DNA of 64,000 bases, taken from contig NC_042998.1 of the NCBI RefSeq assembly GCF_006345805.1, positions 126,294,001 to 126,358,000 of the forward strand, written 5' to 3'. Made by a program: the position numbers and the translations under genes. The notes under the pieces are model-generated. The model was not told the origin of the DNA. It did not search any database and worked only from the letters and a program-made list of their open reading frames with translations. Source of the DNA: Octopus sinensis (lineage: Eukaryota). Positions 12,103 through 25,462 of the stretch are shown here, piece by piece. The number at the start of each line of letters is the position of its first letter. Position 1 is the first letter of the stretch.

Positions 12103-12150
12103 TTCATTTCTCAAAAGTTCAAATTTCTCTTCAAGACGCTCAAGCTCCAT
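12103..12150 (-). CDS. CCDC149: CCDC149 coding exon 1 (MELERLEEKFELLRNE)
   Basis: ATG at 12150-12148 opens 16 codons ending GAA|GTAAGT (strong phase-0 donor). It joins in frame to the exon at 4948. The terminal E followed by the CxRKL exon mirrors the vertebrate CCDC149 exon boundary as recalled. Lies in a CpG-rich zone. Confidence 0.8.
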
Positions 12151-12400
12151 ACTGTAATGTAGAAGTATTAAACCACATTATGGTCAAGGAAATACAGGTG
12201 TTTGTCGACTGGTTCTTTGGACAGACTGTGATATCCTAGAGTCAGCATGACGCTTTAGTTATGATCCACGGTATGTAGCGCCTTAAGAAATATCAAGCAT
12301 TGCAAAAACTATAATATATTTCTTTCTATATATTATATTACTTTTAAAACCATATGAACCATAACTTCCTCTAGGACTGTAGTAATGTGCGATAATTTAA
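12151..12400 (-). promoter_or_regulatory. Probable CCDC149 5' UTR / promoter
   Basis: Immediately upstream of the exon-1 ATG within the CpG-retaining zone (about 10.5-14.2 kb). No diagnostic motif was identified. Confidence 0.4.
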
Positions 12401-13520
12401 GACAGCTTTCTGTTTTCAAACGCCAACCAGCTGTAATTCATAATTCTCACCTTCTTGTTGGCACATGGAGTGATCTCCCTTACTTCGCAACCCACATCGT
12501 CACACCTTAAGCTAACAGCTGCATGTGGACACATCGAATAATAATTTCTGTCCAACACAAACGTAAGGTTACTAATTTTGTGGGGAAAGGGTATATTCGA
12601 TTTAATGTATCTCGGTATTTATTTACCCCCACAAGGATGGAAAGCAAAATCAATCTCGATATAATTTCTACTCAGAATGTAAAAAGACGGAGCTTTATAC
12701 AGCATGGTATTTCATCGGCCATTCCACTGTTTTACCTGTCTCTCTTAAAAATTACTTTTAACATAGGTACAAGACCACGCATTTTGGAGGAAAGGAAAAG
12801 TCGATTATATTAACTTCAGTACTTGACTAATACTTATTGAATCAGTTCTCGATGAATGAAAGCAAAAGTCTGTAGGATTTGAACTCATGCAATACACGAT
12901 TACATTTGAGTGGGTGGGCACAATCGATTAAAATAATTCCATTACTTAGTTTATTGGGCCCGAAGTGGGTGACAAGCAAAATTGTACACCGGTGTTGAAA
13001 TATTTTAACTACTAGCGGTATGTGTGTCCTTACATGTTGACAGCTAAATATAAGATCATTTGTTGTTTTCATAAGAATTTTATTAGTGAGTCTTAGGATG
13101 CCTTCATAGACAGTTTTTTTTAAAATAAAAGGTGGGGCAGTGCAGTTAGTGTTTACTTTGAATTACTATATGCTGATTAATAGGTGCCAAGCTGTCCGAT
13201 GGTCCGTTTCAGAGCAGTGGAGGTTGCTTCTGTGTGTAGTTATCAGACCAGATATATGTGATGTCATTGCTGTGCTAATATTGTTAATATATATTTTACA
13301 CGCTTATGGATAGCTACCGGTTTAATATCAGAGCTTAAATATTCGGATTAATAAAGCCTCTGGAGGTAAAGAATCGCGTGCTTCTACGGCTTCACTTGAA
13401 TAAATACAATTTGACACGATAATGGCGTCGCCGGTTAAAAACAACGAACTTTTATTCTATGACCCAGATATAATAAAGGTGTAACTGCGATGCATTCCTA
13501 TAGCACTGAGGACATACCTC

Positions 13521-14302
13521 CACATGTGTTCTCCCCACCTACTTTGTTACCTCATAACTTTTTTTAAAAATGGATATTTTTCTATGAAATCTTATACAAA
13601 TACGCTTCAGATGGTGTAGATAACGATTATATTGGAATTTGTGTTGAAAAAAAAAATTTTTTCCGAGGGTAGGGTGTGGAATTTCGGAAAATTCACATGT
13701 GTCGGTTTTGTTTCCTTATAACTTTCGGGGAAATGGATATTTTTTAATAAAATTTTCTACAAATACCTGACTTTTTTAATCTCAAGCACAGGTTTAAGTT
13801 TTTTTTTTTAACTAAACACTTTGAAACTTCGGATTGAAAAGGTCCCAGGTACCTTACAGAGTACGTAAATTACGATTATTTAAAATGAAAAAGAAAATTG
13901 ACGAACACACACATATATACTGACACACATCACAGTTTTTTCCGAAATGTCAAGCTTCGTTTTGTAAATATATATGTGTGTCAGTATATATGTGTATGTG
14001 CTCACCAATTTTCTTTTTCATATTAAATTATAATATAATCGTAGTCTACACACTCTGAAAGGTGAAAATTTCATTAAAAAATATTTATTTTTCTGAAAAT
14101 CATGAGGAAACAAAGCTGATTCGCATGAATTTTCCGAAACTTCTCATTCTACTCACGAATATTTTTTTTTTTTTTTCTTACAACAAATCCTGATATAATC
14201 GGAATCTACACCATCTGAAACGTATTTGTTACAAATTTCATTAAAAAATATCTATTTTTCTGGAAGTTATGAGGAAACAAAATTGGAGGTGGGTACACAT
14301 GT
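13521..14302. mobile_element. Foldback/MITE-like element made almost entirely of inverted repeats
   Basis: The left part (from 13521) aligns to the reverse complement of the right part (to 14302). An inner pair (about 13855-13930 vs 13975-14060) surrounds a ~45-nt spacer. Each outer arm contains two ~170-bp subunits. No TSD was identified. Confidence 0.75.
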
Positions 14303-14399
14303 CACAGTAAAAGCGAAAAAGCTTCTGAACACTAATAGATTTTTATTTTTGGTGAACAGAACAATTTTGTTTTTATCAAAGCAAGGTATGATTGCCACA

Positions 14400-16750
14400 T
14401 AAAAAATTTCATCAACAGGGAAACCCATGTAACTTGAAAAAAGGGGTTTTATCTGTTTAACATGTGGGATAGTGTTGTCCTTTCAACTCCAAAAGAAATT
14501 GATAATTACTGCAAATTATTTATTAACACATCAAAATCTGACAGAATCAATTCAAAGTTATTCTCAGAAATTATGTAAGTTTGGTTTTGTGAATTTTGAA
14601 AAGAACTGAAATTGAAGGACATTATAGAAGATGATATTCAAATGAGACTCATTGATGGCATGCAGTAATTTGAACATCATGAACATTTTCACTCAATTGA
14701 CCCCAAGCTTAATGCATGCATTGAATTCATGAACAGCTTGAAGTGATCTTTAAATTTCAGATGTCTCATGTACAGAAAAGGATATAATAGTGATTTTGAT
14801 AATATCACTGTCAAATGTTGGCAGAAACAAGTATAAATCTAGTTATAAATGTTGCATTGTGTGGCTATAACCATGCACCATCATAATATCTTGTATGTAG
14901 TAAGATATGTATTAACAGTGAGAGAAAGAAAACGAATTGCTTTCAAGTAGTATAAAAAAATGTTTGAGGAAACTGAAACTGGTGATTCTATAAATATTTA
15001 TGAAATTGGCCTAAAAAATACTGCAATAGTCAATGTAAAACCTGATGATGTAACATTAAGATGTTGGTTTGTTAACATTCAGCTAACCAATACATCTGAA
15101 CTTCTGGATCAATTTAAATAAATCAGAATTAAACTAAAATAATTTGATGGATCACTCATTATGATTATGGGCAAGTTTAATGAATAGATGCTGGAAGCTG
15201 TCAAGAGCATCAAAATTGTTATTGTCCTTGTTGCTGAGTGTAAAAAAAATCTTGGTTGCTTGTTATCAATAGGATGATTATTGATAGTTGAACATTAATT
15301 CATGAATTGAAGCTTGAGGACAATTTAGGAAATCAAGAGGTTTTATGGTTAACATTCTTCTCAAAGGAAATAGACAATAAGGACAGCAGGGGATGCAAAC
15401 TACACATTAATAAGTGAATGCTGTACTTGTGAATGGTGATATTTTGTGTATGGGTGTGGATGTAAGTAGCTAAAGAAGAATCGAGTTAGGCCATTGCCAA
15501 TACACATTAAACCATTAGTCATAAAAAAGCTGAGGAAATTAGTGAAAGTCTTTCAGATGTTCTTCCAGGGACCTTTCTTTTAGCTGTTGTGCATATGCAA
15601 ATATCCCAGAATATGTAAAGTCTATAAAATATGTGTAAATGAACAAATTCAGATTCTTATCCAGTTCCAGATACTGAATCAATGTTTCATTCTCTTTCTG
15701 GCATGAATTATTTTGCTAAATTTTGATTTAAAAGGGAGATACCATTATACAGAAATTATTCTGAAGCAAGAGAAGTTACTACATAAGTACATTAAGAATT
15801 CTTTCAAGATGAACAGGTCTTCTGCACAAAATTAAAATAGCCAGTGCTTGATTCACAAAGTAATAGATCATGTTGGAAATGACATTGATAATGTTATTTA
15901 TCAAGATGATGTGTGTATCGGTGGTAAAACTCAAAATTCTTCATATGAAGGTAAATAAGATAAAAAAAATATCAGAATTTACAAGGATGATAATCAATTG
16001 AGCTAAGTTTGTGTTAGAGACTGATGAATTGCTTCTTTTATTTAGACTAACAAAGGAGGGTATATTATCAGATCATCAATTAGTTGTAAGAATTGCAGAC
16101 AGCTCTTAATAATCAAGATGGCCAGAAGTAATAGAAGTTCAGAATGATGAAGCAGAAACTGTTTAGCAGGTATTAAGAATTATGTTTGCCAGAAATTGTG
16201 CTCCAAAACCATTTATGTTGGACAATACTTGTGAATTTCATGATATTCACTTGTGCACATGGCTTGATAAGATCAAGTAATGCTATGACAAATGTTCTGT
16301 CATCCAGACTCATATAGAATTCCTGAAAGAATGGTTGAAGTTGTTTAATAACATAATCACCAAGTAAAGGTACTATTAAGGCATAGTTGGGTTGCATACT
16401 TTTGGATTATTAGACAATTATTTACTCAGGAAGACTTTTTAGTCCATCTGTTTTGGTAGACAAATAACAGTCATCAATAACTACTGCTCCAGTTTGGCAT
16501 TGTAGAAGAACAAGCTAGATTTATATCTCAAGTAAGAAATAATACAGCTGTGGTTTTTTTGAAGGTGAACAGCATACACTAACTCCTGAAGATCAAATAA
16601 ATAAGGGCACAAATATTGATAACAGACAAAATACAGAAGCATCTCTTCAAGTTCTTTTGAATGGTATTCCAGACTCTGTTAATAATGATTATGATTTTAC
16701 AACTGACTCGGGGACAAATATTGCAAACATCAATGAAAAACCATTTTTTT
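14400..16750 (+). mobile_element. Highly decayed Ty3/Gypsy LTR retrotransposon (gag zinc-knuckle relic and RT)
   Basis: YPVPDTESMFHSLSGMNYFAK / FDLKG.YH (YPLP...LDL motif) and HVGNDIDNVIYQDDVCIGG (YxDD). A Cys/His cluster lies near 14840-14940. Many stops; no LTRs recognised. Confidence 0.75.
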
Positions 16751-19573
16751 TCCAGACGTGATGTTTTACTAATATTAGTATATGATTAAGACAGTAAGCT
16801 GGCAGAATTGTTAGCACACTTGGTGAAATGCTTATCATTTCTTCTGACTTAACATTTTGATTTCAAATTCAACTGAGGCCAGCTTTGCTTTTCATTCTTT
16901 CAGGGTTGGTGAAATATGTACCAGTTGAGCACTCGGGTTGATGTAATCAACTTACCTGCCTCCCCAAAAATTGCTGCTCTTATGAAACCAACGTTGATTT
17001 CATGATTCTTATGGGCTGATTAAGACTAAGATAGCTCCAAAATCGATGAATAGTTATTCAGCTAAACAAAGCTTCTGAATACAAAGTATTGCATGTGACT
17101 ATGACTTTACTTGGATGAATGCAGTATGACATGACAGTGAACATAATTCTGTCAGCCATGCATAAGTTTTGTTAAGCATCTGTTACAACCAGAGTATAAT
17201 CTGACACTGAAGAGGGAGCCCAATTTTTGGGATGAAGTTTTGACAATGTTAAAAGTGAGATTACTATGAAACATTGTACTTCATACAACAAGCAATTATA
17301 AGGACTTTGGTGAGGTTGGGGGCTGTGTGTGTTCATGTCTAATGAGAGTGTTATGCAAGATTGTTTCCTTCTTATGTTATTTTTAGATATTGTTGAAGAA
17401 ATGAGATTGCCATGCTTCTGGTGACATATATTTTCAAGATTTCTGTTAAGAGATTGCCTCTTAATGACACCTGAATACAAAGGGTAAAAAAAGGTGGTAT
17501 CAACTATGCAGAAGTATGTGTGGTTAGTTAGATTAATGTAGAAGATTAGAATATCAAAAGATATATGAATTCATTGAATTAAGGTCGGAGTGAGAGAGCA
17601 CTACAAATATATATTCAGTGAAGTATTCTGACAGAATATTTCCAGTCCAAACAATGAAAGATAAATGGTGCTTATAGGCAAGCAACATAGCTATGAGATT
17701 ATCATGCTAAATATAGTGAAAGATTTAATTGACAAGATGGAAAATGATAGAAATATTACTATCAAATTTCTTAAGAGAGAGAACATTTTGGTGTGTGATG
17801 TAAGAAATTAATTTTCCTGATAGTCACTGAGAATGAAAATGAGTTAATCCAGAAAGAAGAGGGTTGGGAAGATAATGAAATATACTGGAGTGAGCAAACT
17901 GTTTTATTGGTAGGAATGTGCTGTCAGCAAATACAAAGAGAAGGCCATTGAAGTAGTTGTAGAGGAGACAGAAGATAGTTCAACAGAGACCTCTGCTTGT
18001 ATGAAATCTTGCTATTTAAACATGCAATCTTTTTGTTGTAAATGAAATATTTTTGATCTTTTTAATATTAGATAAGTTAAAGTCCTGAATCTTCCAGTTC
18101 ATGATCAGAGTTATCCATTGTCAGTAATATGAACTATTGATTTGAGGGATAGAGAAGTGAGATTTGTGATGTTCATATTTTTCCCAAAAGCATTAATGAA
18201 ATAAGTTAAATAGCTGTGACTGAAAAATCAGCTGTTGTGCACATCTTAGTATACTACCTACTTACAAGATTACTTGTCACCAATAATATACTGGAATTGA
18301 TTAAATTTTGTATATTTTCCTCATAGAAAAGGTGAGTAAAATACTAATCAGATATTGAAATAGAGGTAAATTTTTAAATTGCTTCCTGGATGTTAATGGA
18401 GCTATAAAAGTTAAGTCTAAGGCTGTGCCTCGTAGTACAGTACAGCCAGGTGTAACTCATGAGCAAGTATGGCTTGGAAATATACCATACTTCCACTCAG
18501 TGTTTTAACTGCCTGAGTAGTCATAAACAGACATTGACACTCTACTAGCCCCATCACACTTGAACCAGTAGTACATCCAGAATGTGACAGCTTTAGGGAG
18601 AGAGGGTTACACCAACACTCAGATGGAATTCTTTTGTAATTGAATGGACAGGAAGAATGTGAAATGAAGAGCTTTATTCAAGGACATAATGTGCTGCCTT
18701 GTCCAGAAATTAATTTCATGATCTTAGGATCTATCTAAACAACTTGGTCATGTATCTTCAAATTCTACATAACAAATCAATATTAAGTTTCTGTCTTATA
18801 TACTATCCCTTCTCACTCTCTCTCTCTCTCTCTCTCTTTCTGTAAAATATTTGAAAGTATTAAAGGGCTAAGAGCTAATTTCCCTCCAAATGCAAGGATC
18901 CATAGGACAAGCTTTTAACTCCTGTTTCTGAGTAACTAGCCAGACATTATACAAATTTCCCTCCAGGGAAACTTTTGGTTGATAAAATTTAAATCAACTA
19001 TACATTACTTTTATTGTTTGTTTAAATCTAGAATTAGAATAATGAAAATTGAGAGAAACTGAATTCAGCTGTGCAATCTGTTTGTTACAGCCAATTATAC
19101 CACTTCTGCTACCTATTTACTGTTAGATGGACTGGACCATTTTAGAAGTTAGTGTCTTGCATACAACTGCAATACAAAGATTTTAACAATATGAATTGTT
19201 GACCTCGTGACTATAACTTATGACTCATTTGACCCAGGCACTAACACTTTTGAGAAGAAATTATGTGGTTATTTACATTTGAAATGTCAGTTACTGAAAT
19301 ACAGATGCTTAGGTGAAGATAATGTGAAGCTTAATCAATGAAAATGTCATAAGGAGACTGAATTCCTAACAATTCCGCCAGTTTCAGACATCTTAGTTGT
19401 GATTTCAACTGGTTTGATCACCTACAGACAGAATGGTTTACAGGTGTGAAGAAAGCTGAACCTAACACTGAAAATTAATAAAACACCTATTAGTCATACA
19501 CTCATACACTGCCTCTGTTGCCTGTTTCAATCTAAGATTGAGAGAATAAAAAAATAGATGTTATACTCTAAAG

Positions 19574-19886
19574 CAATGCTTCTCAAACTATATGATGTGG
19601 TGTACTGGCAGTTTTTTTTCCAATGTGCCTGGGACCAGTAATATTTCTTAGTAATATTAATTTATACCAGAAACGATATATATAATAAATATAATAAAAA
19701 TTGACAATTTTTAAATCTTATATTTATTTTGTAAACAAATAATAGAATATTACATAAGCTGATAAGTTGTTTCCTGCAGTGCATAAAGCAAAATTACTGA
19801 AATTATGCAATTGTTTCTTTCTTTTCTGGAAACTTGCTGTGTACCAGCAGCTGATGGCTTGTGGACCATCACTTTGAGTAGCACTG
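19574..19886. mobile_element. Non-autonomous hAT (Charlie-like) element
   Basis: TIRs CAATGCTTCTCAAA / TTTGAGTAGCACTG with 8-bp TSD CTCTAAAG / TTCTAAAG. Confidence 0.85.
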
Positions 19887-21412
19887 TTCTAAAGCACCCT
19901 TAACATTGTATTAAAGAAGAAGAAAAAAATCACTATCATTATCTGTTTGTTAATTTGTTTTACTAATCTGTTAGAATTTAATTCATATATAAAGTGGGTT
20001 GAATATTTGTGAGCAAACTTTAATGGGACATAAATGGAAAATGATCTAATGTCATGTTACACAGCAGTTGCCAAATTTTAACTTTCTCATATTTCTTGCA
20101 GATGTACTGACAGCATCAATACAACAGATCCCAATCTGATACAGAGAAATGTAAAGGTACATCATGTTCATTGCACTAAATTCCACCCACAATGAATTGG
20201 AAATTGCCAGTTTCACGTTCAGAGTTGGGAAAAAACTGAAGGCCTATATAGAGGGCTGTGTCATCAATGGGCAAGAGGAAGAAACTGACTGGCAACCCCA
20301 CAACACCAAGAATTTGATGGGGCTGTTACTGTGAGCATGAAAGATGGTATGGATCAGGGCTACCTGATTCTGGCTTGCAGTCATTTCCATGGCCACATCA
20401 AGGCTGTCATTAGAGTTGAATTTTAATGAATGGTTTGTTGTTTCTTTGATGTATCCAGTTGAATGTATGTGCCATTTTTCCGGAAGCATGCTGTATTTCT
20501 GTTTAGTGTCTAGTTTTGTTTTACTCTCAGATACCAGGAACACCTGCAGATGGGACATGTGGATCCTTTATTATAAATTGTATCTAACAAATTTGAACAA
20601 TTCATCATCATCATCATCATTGTTTAATGTCTGCTTTCCATGCTGGTATGGGTTAGTTGGTTTGACTGGAACAGGTAAGCCAGAGGGCTGAAACAGGTTC
20701 CACTCTGATTTGGCTGATGGTTTCTATGGCTGGATGCCCTTCCTTATGCCAACCACTCTGAGGGTATAATGGGTGCTTTTTACATGCCACTGGCATGGGT
20801 GCCATTTACATGACACTGCAATGGCCATGACTATGATTTCTCTTGGCTTGACAAGTCTTCTCAAGCACAGCTTATCACCAAGGGTCTCAGTCATTTTTCA
20901 TTGCTTCTGTGAGGCTCAAGCTTTGGTTCTATTTCTCCCTTTAAAAATTACTTTCATGAATATTTTAAATTTGAAAAGAAAAAAAAAAGATTCTATTAGA
21001 TTCCTATAAACTCTCTGATTTAAATCCTATCACTATATTGTATTTTAAGATAATTTTAATGATTATATCTTCATGCAGTACAGGAAGTAAACCATTGAGA
21101 AATAATCTGTAATGAGCATTAGCAAAGTAGAATGATAAAAAAACTGATACTGGACCATAGGCACAAATATTCAGGTTTTTATGCTATTCATGGTACTTAT
21201 TTTATATTAGATATAACTGTAGTTAGATCAACATTCAGTTTTTATTGTACCATAAACATGTTTCTTTCTCAGTACTGCACTTTTATTTGCCAGCTTTCAA
21301 TAAAAAATACTTAGACTCTCATGAAACTGCTCTTCAGCTTTTATCAGAAACAAAGATAATGCACTTTCTCTTGAAACAAAATAATATCTGGTTTGAATTA
21401 ATCATATGACTT

Positions 21413-21900
21413 TAGTTCTCAGCCCTCTCTTGTTTATTACAGGTCATAACAGAGAAGTTTAAAACCAGCTGTCCATGAGAACTTCTGTATGCTGATGACC
21501 TAGTTTTCATAACTGAATCTATCAAAGATTTAGAGAAGAATTTCCAAATGGGCAGCCAAAGCCTGGAATTGAGAGGCCTCAAAGTAAACTTAGAGGGGAC
21601 AAAAGTTTTAGTTAGCAGCAAAGAAGAAAGGATTATACTGCTCAATATGCAGAAAAGCAGTTGGTTGGAATTCCATGGTATAGAGAGTGTAAACTATTGA
21701 CTTACAAGAGGTGTAGAGGGATTACAGTCAGACTAGCAGAAAAAATAAACTTTGTATGTGGCAGATGTACTGATGTAGTTAGTAGTAAAAGCACAAATGA
21801 AATAAATTAACTTAAATACTTATGCAGGCTCCTTAGTTGTAGTTCATAGTCTATGTTACCTAGGTAATCTAATTAGCAACAAAAGCAGATGTAGCTGGAG
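21413..21900 (+). mobile_element. RTE LINE RT fragment
   Basis: VLSPLLFI ... ELLYADDLVF ... GLKVNL motifs, frameshifted. Confidence 0.8.
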
Positions 21901-22479
21901 TAAGATTGGATTAATAGTTTAGGGTGCTCATGCCCACAATCAACAACTAAGCTTCACAAAGACAAAGGACTGTGATGAGTGGTGAGATGCTGTGCTGGAG
22001 ATGACTTGTCAAGCCCATAAAAGCATGGGTAAAAACAGTTGTAAAGAGAATAACACTATCTTGTCTACTATGCATGCACTTTTGGGTATCATAACAGTCT
22101 TTTTTTACTTGACTTGTGGCTTCTTAGTGTCCCTGCTTTTCTCCTGATGAGTTGTAATCAAGGGCGTATATCTGGGTGTGTCAGGTGTACCCTGCACACT
22201 CATCAGAAATGACAGATTCATTATAAATATTAACCTTACTTGTTAATTTTATCACAAATATCAATGGAAAACTTCAATACTCCTGCTTCAAATTTGGTGG
22301 CATTAGGTGTGGCAGCACACCTAATATAACAACCACCATACACCATTAGTTGTAATGTGCCTGAGCACTGTACAATATGTTCATTATTATGACTTAATTA
22401 TGAATCAGTGAGAAAGAAAGCCTCTGCGGTATGTCAATTCTTCTTCTTTCATGCATCAACAAAAAAAAAAGTAAAAATC

Positions 22480-22715
22480 CTGGAGTGGCCCAGTGGTTAG
22501 GGCAGCGGACTCGCAGCCGTAGGATCGCAGTTTCGATTCCCAGACCGGACGTTGTGTGTGTTTATTGAGCGAAAACACCTAAAAGCTCCACGAGGCTCCG
22601 GCAGGGGGTGGTGATCCCTGCTGTACTCTTTCACCATTTAAATGGCGGTGCCCCAGCATGGCCACAGCTCATGAGCTGAAACTAGATAAAATAAAAAAAT
22701 AAAATAAAATAAAAA
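22480..22715 (+). mobile_element. tRNA-derived SINE with A-rich tail
   Basis: A-box-like TGGCCCAGTGG and B-box-like TTTCGATTCC, no acceptor stem, and a (TAAAA)n tail. Confidence 0.8.
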
Positions 22716-23024
22716 ATATACTAGGCTTAAATTAAATTTTACTGTTTTTAAAGTTTGTTTTGTAACATAGTCATACAGTATCACAATGACATTTTCCTTG
22801 GCTATGATAAGTAATTATGAAACTTACTGATTGAAATTCAACAGTTCATATTCCTCTGTTGGTATTTCACAGTTGTGAAATAAAGGATTGAACCCCATAC
22901 ACTATAATTAAAAGCCTCTGAATTCAAACTCAATCAATGAATATGTAGTAGTAATGGTAGCTGTGGTTTACCTTTGTTACCTGCATATAAATAGAATATT
23001 ATAATGCTGATACAACAAAAAATA

Positions 23025-23252
23025 TCTATTTCTTTACTACCCACAAGGGGCTAAACACAGAGAGGACAAACAAGGACAGACAAACGGATTAAGTCGATTA
23101 TATCGACCCAGTGCGTAACTGGTACTTATTTAATCGACCCCGAAAGGATGAAAGGCAAAGTCGACCTCGGCGGAATTTGAACTCAGAACGTAACGGCAGA
23201 CGAAATACGGCTACGCATTTCGCCTGGCGTGCTAACGTTTCTGCTTGCTCGA
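23025..23252 (-). mobile_element. Young SINE copy (atcgacccc...aaagtcgacctcggcggaatttgaactc family)
   Basis: CpG-intact copy of a repeat whose decayed versions recur near 5200-5330, 12720-12900, 16850-16990, 41050-41150, 43950-44070 and 54330-54480. Confidence 0.75.
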
Positions 23253-24489
23253 GAGATTTTGAGATTCGTGAACAACTAATCCAAGTAGAGGAGACAGTAT
23301 TCTTTGCCTTCTTTTTATCTATGTGGGTGAATAATCAAAAAGAGATCAAGTTATAAGAAGTTATGGTTCTTCCATGCAGGAGTTACTTCCCTTGGATTCA
23401 GCTAAAACTAATTTTTTCGAAAGTTGATATAAACATAAATAAATAAATACAATTAACTTTAATAAAATGGCATCAAGAACCTGTTCCTAGTATAGATGTA
23501 ACATATACTACTTTTGTAAATTTACCAGAAGAAAAGTGAGGAAAATTACTTATGGTCAAAGGCGTACCAGCCAAGACGACCCTGTTTGATTTGCATGCAA
23601 TGTATCCAAGACGACATTTTATAATATGTCTTTATTTTACTGAAAGGATAGTGTATGGTTTGAAAGAGATTTGGCTGCTATTTCTAACAGATCTTGTGAC
23701 CACATAGATTTCCCTTGTTATATGTATGTTGAATGAAATAGTTCAGGAGAATAATTATAACATTAGGTGTAATATGCAAAAGGGGATGAAAATTTATAAA
23801 ATTCTTTTAATCAAAGGATTGATTAAAAATGTTTGACAATTAGACAGACCATCCATACATTCACAAATACATACATATATACACATAAACTGGTATACAT
23901 ACATGCGAGGATGCGTGTGTGTGTTTGTGATTTAATAAGTTTAAACTGTAAAATACTAAGGATCCTTTAATACCTAATGGTCAACCTCTAAATTCCACTA
24001 ATCTTGACCCCCAGTGTTGTATGCCCCCAATCATTCTTCTATTTCTGCAAAATCAACATCATTTGAACCTGACCAGCTGCTCAAGCTATAATCACTCTTT
24101 GACATCCCCCATAAGTATTTCTATAGCTAACTCTGAATATATCCAACACTACTACCAGAGTAGCTCTCCCACCCCATCTAATACTTGTAATTTCAAAATT
24201 ACATTCGAATGCCCTTTGGAAGAAAACTATCTTGCCAAAAATATTGTTTACAGATGTCAAGTGCAACTACAAGAGAATACATAGGTGTTATGACCAACAG
24301 TTTTAAGAAATACTTTAAAATGCATGTTGATTTATTCAAAAACCCTAAATTGGTTCACTCTACTTCACTGGCTGAGTAGGTCTGGCAACTTAAAAATCAA
24401 AACACCCAATGTACATTACAATGGATGGAACTGCAGGTAATAGACTTTTGCCTGAAGAGGTGCCCTGTGGGTGAGCAGCACAGGCCTGG

Positions 24490-24730
24490 TCATCATTATA
24501 TGGTTGCCAGAACAAAATGGCAAAAATATGGGCAATGAAGAAAGTAATTGTCATCCCAGTGATTCTAGGGGCACTCAGAACACTAACAACTAAGTTTGAG
24601 AAATATGGTGGAAAAATTGGAATTGACATGTGGGTAGAGCATGCTCCCCAAAACTACTCAGTTAGGGACAGCTAGGATTTTGAGATCGGTACTTGGGTGT
24701 TGAGTATCTTCCACAAAACTTAACACTTAA
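24490..24730 (+). mobile_element. R4/Dong-like LINE 3' end (restriction-like endonuclease C-terminus)
   Basis: KIWAMKKVIVIPVILGAL and, after a frameshift, GTARILRSVLGC*. Confidence 0.7.
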
Positions 24731-24859
24731 GTACCATGACTTATAATTTGTGGAAAGACATATTGTGAGACCTTTGACAACAGGTTGCTGTCTGCTGTCA
24801 CAGAATTAACCAGAACAAGTAAGATAAAGATCTCTGAGAAGTAAAATGTAATGATGTAA

Positions 24860-24890
<31 letters not shown>

Positions 24891-25188
24891 CTAGCAGTAT
24901 CGCCCGGCGTTGCTTGGGTTTGTAAGGGAAATAACTATATAAGCATGTTTAGAGAGTTACTTCCCTTATATAATAGCAAAAAAATGCATTAAAATGGAAA
25001 AAAATGATGGTAAATTTTTTTTTAAATCGTAGACTCATCGTAGACACGCGCTAATACCCAGAAGGGCTCGATATGAATCATGACTATAAGATACCCGGTT
25101 TTGGTTAAACTGCACCGCAAAATGTGGGAGTAGTTAGGAATCTAAATCGTAGGAGACAGACACACAACCTTGTTTTTATATATAAAGA
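24891..25188 (-). mobile_element. Complete ~300-bp non-autonomous Helitron
   Basis: The minus strand starts TCTTTATATATAAAAAC and ends GCAACGCCGGGCGATACTGCTAG. It is inserted in a (TA)n tract with no TSD. Confidence 0.85.
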
Positions 25189-25214
25189 TATATATATATA
25201 TACATACATACATA

Positions 25215-25462
25215 TACATACATATATAAGAAGAATAACCACCAAGGTGAATTCCTAATATGCTAGAAGATGTCAAATCACCTTACCACAAAAAATGTGT
25301 TCTCAAGAAATTTCAGCAAATGCCAGAATGTAAAATGAGCAAGACATTCTAGCATTTGCTGAAATTTCTTGAGAACACATTCTTCTTGGTAAGGTGATTT
25401 GGTGTTTTTTCCAGCATATTAGGAATCCACCTTGGTGGTTATTCCTCTTATATATGTATGTA
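25215..25462. repeat. Inverted repeat, ~118-bp arms, 12-nt loop
   Basis: 25215-25331 vs 25344-25462. A third copy (reverse complement of left arm plus loop) lies at 25850-25972. Confidence 0.92.

Noticed and set aside
17000-18400. Coding-like purine-rich stretch after the Gypsy relic
   Set aside because: No recognisable motif in any frame, so it could not be assigned or supported.
22480-22560. Possible tRNA gene (likewise 9129-9200)
   Set aside because: A/B boxes are present, but there is no acceptor stem and the sequence continues into a SINE body and tail.
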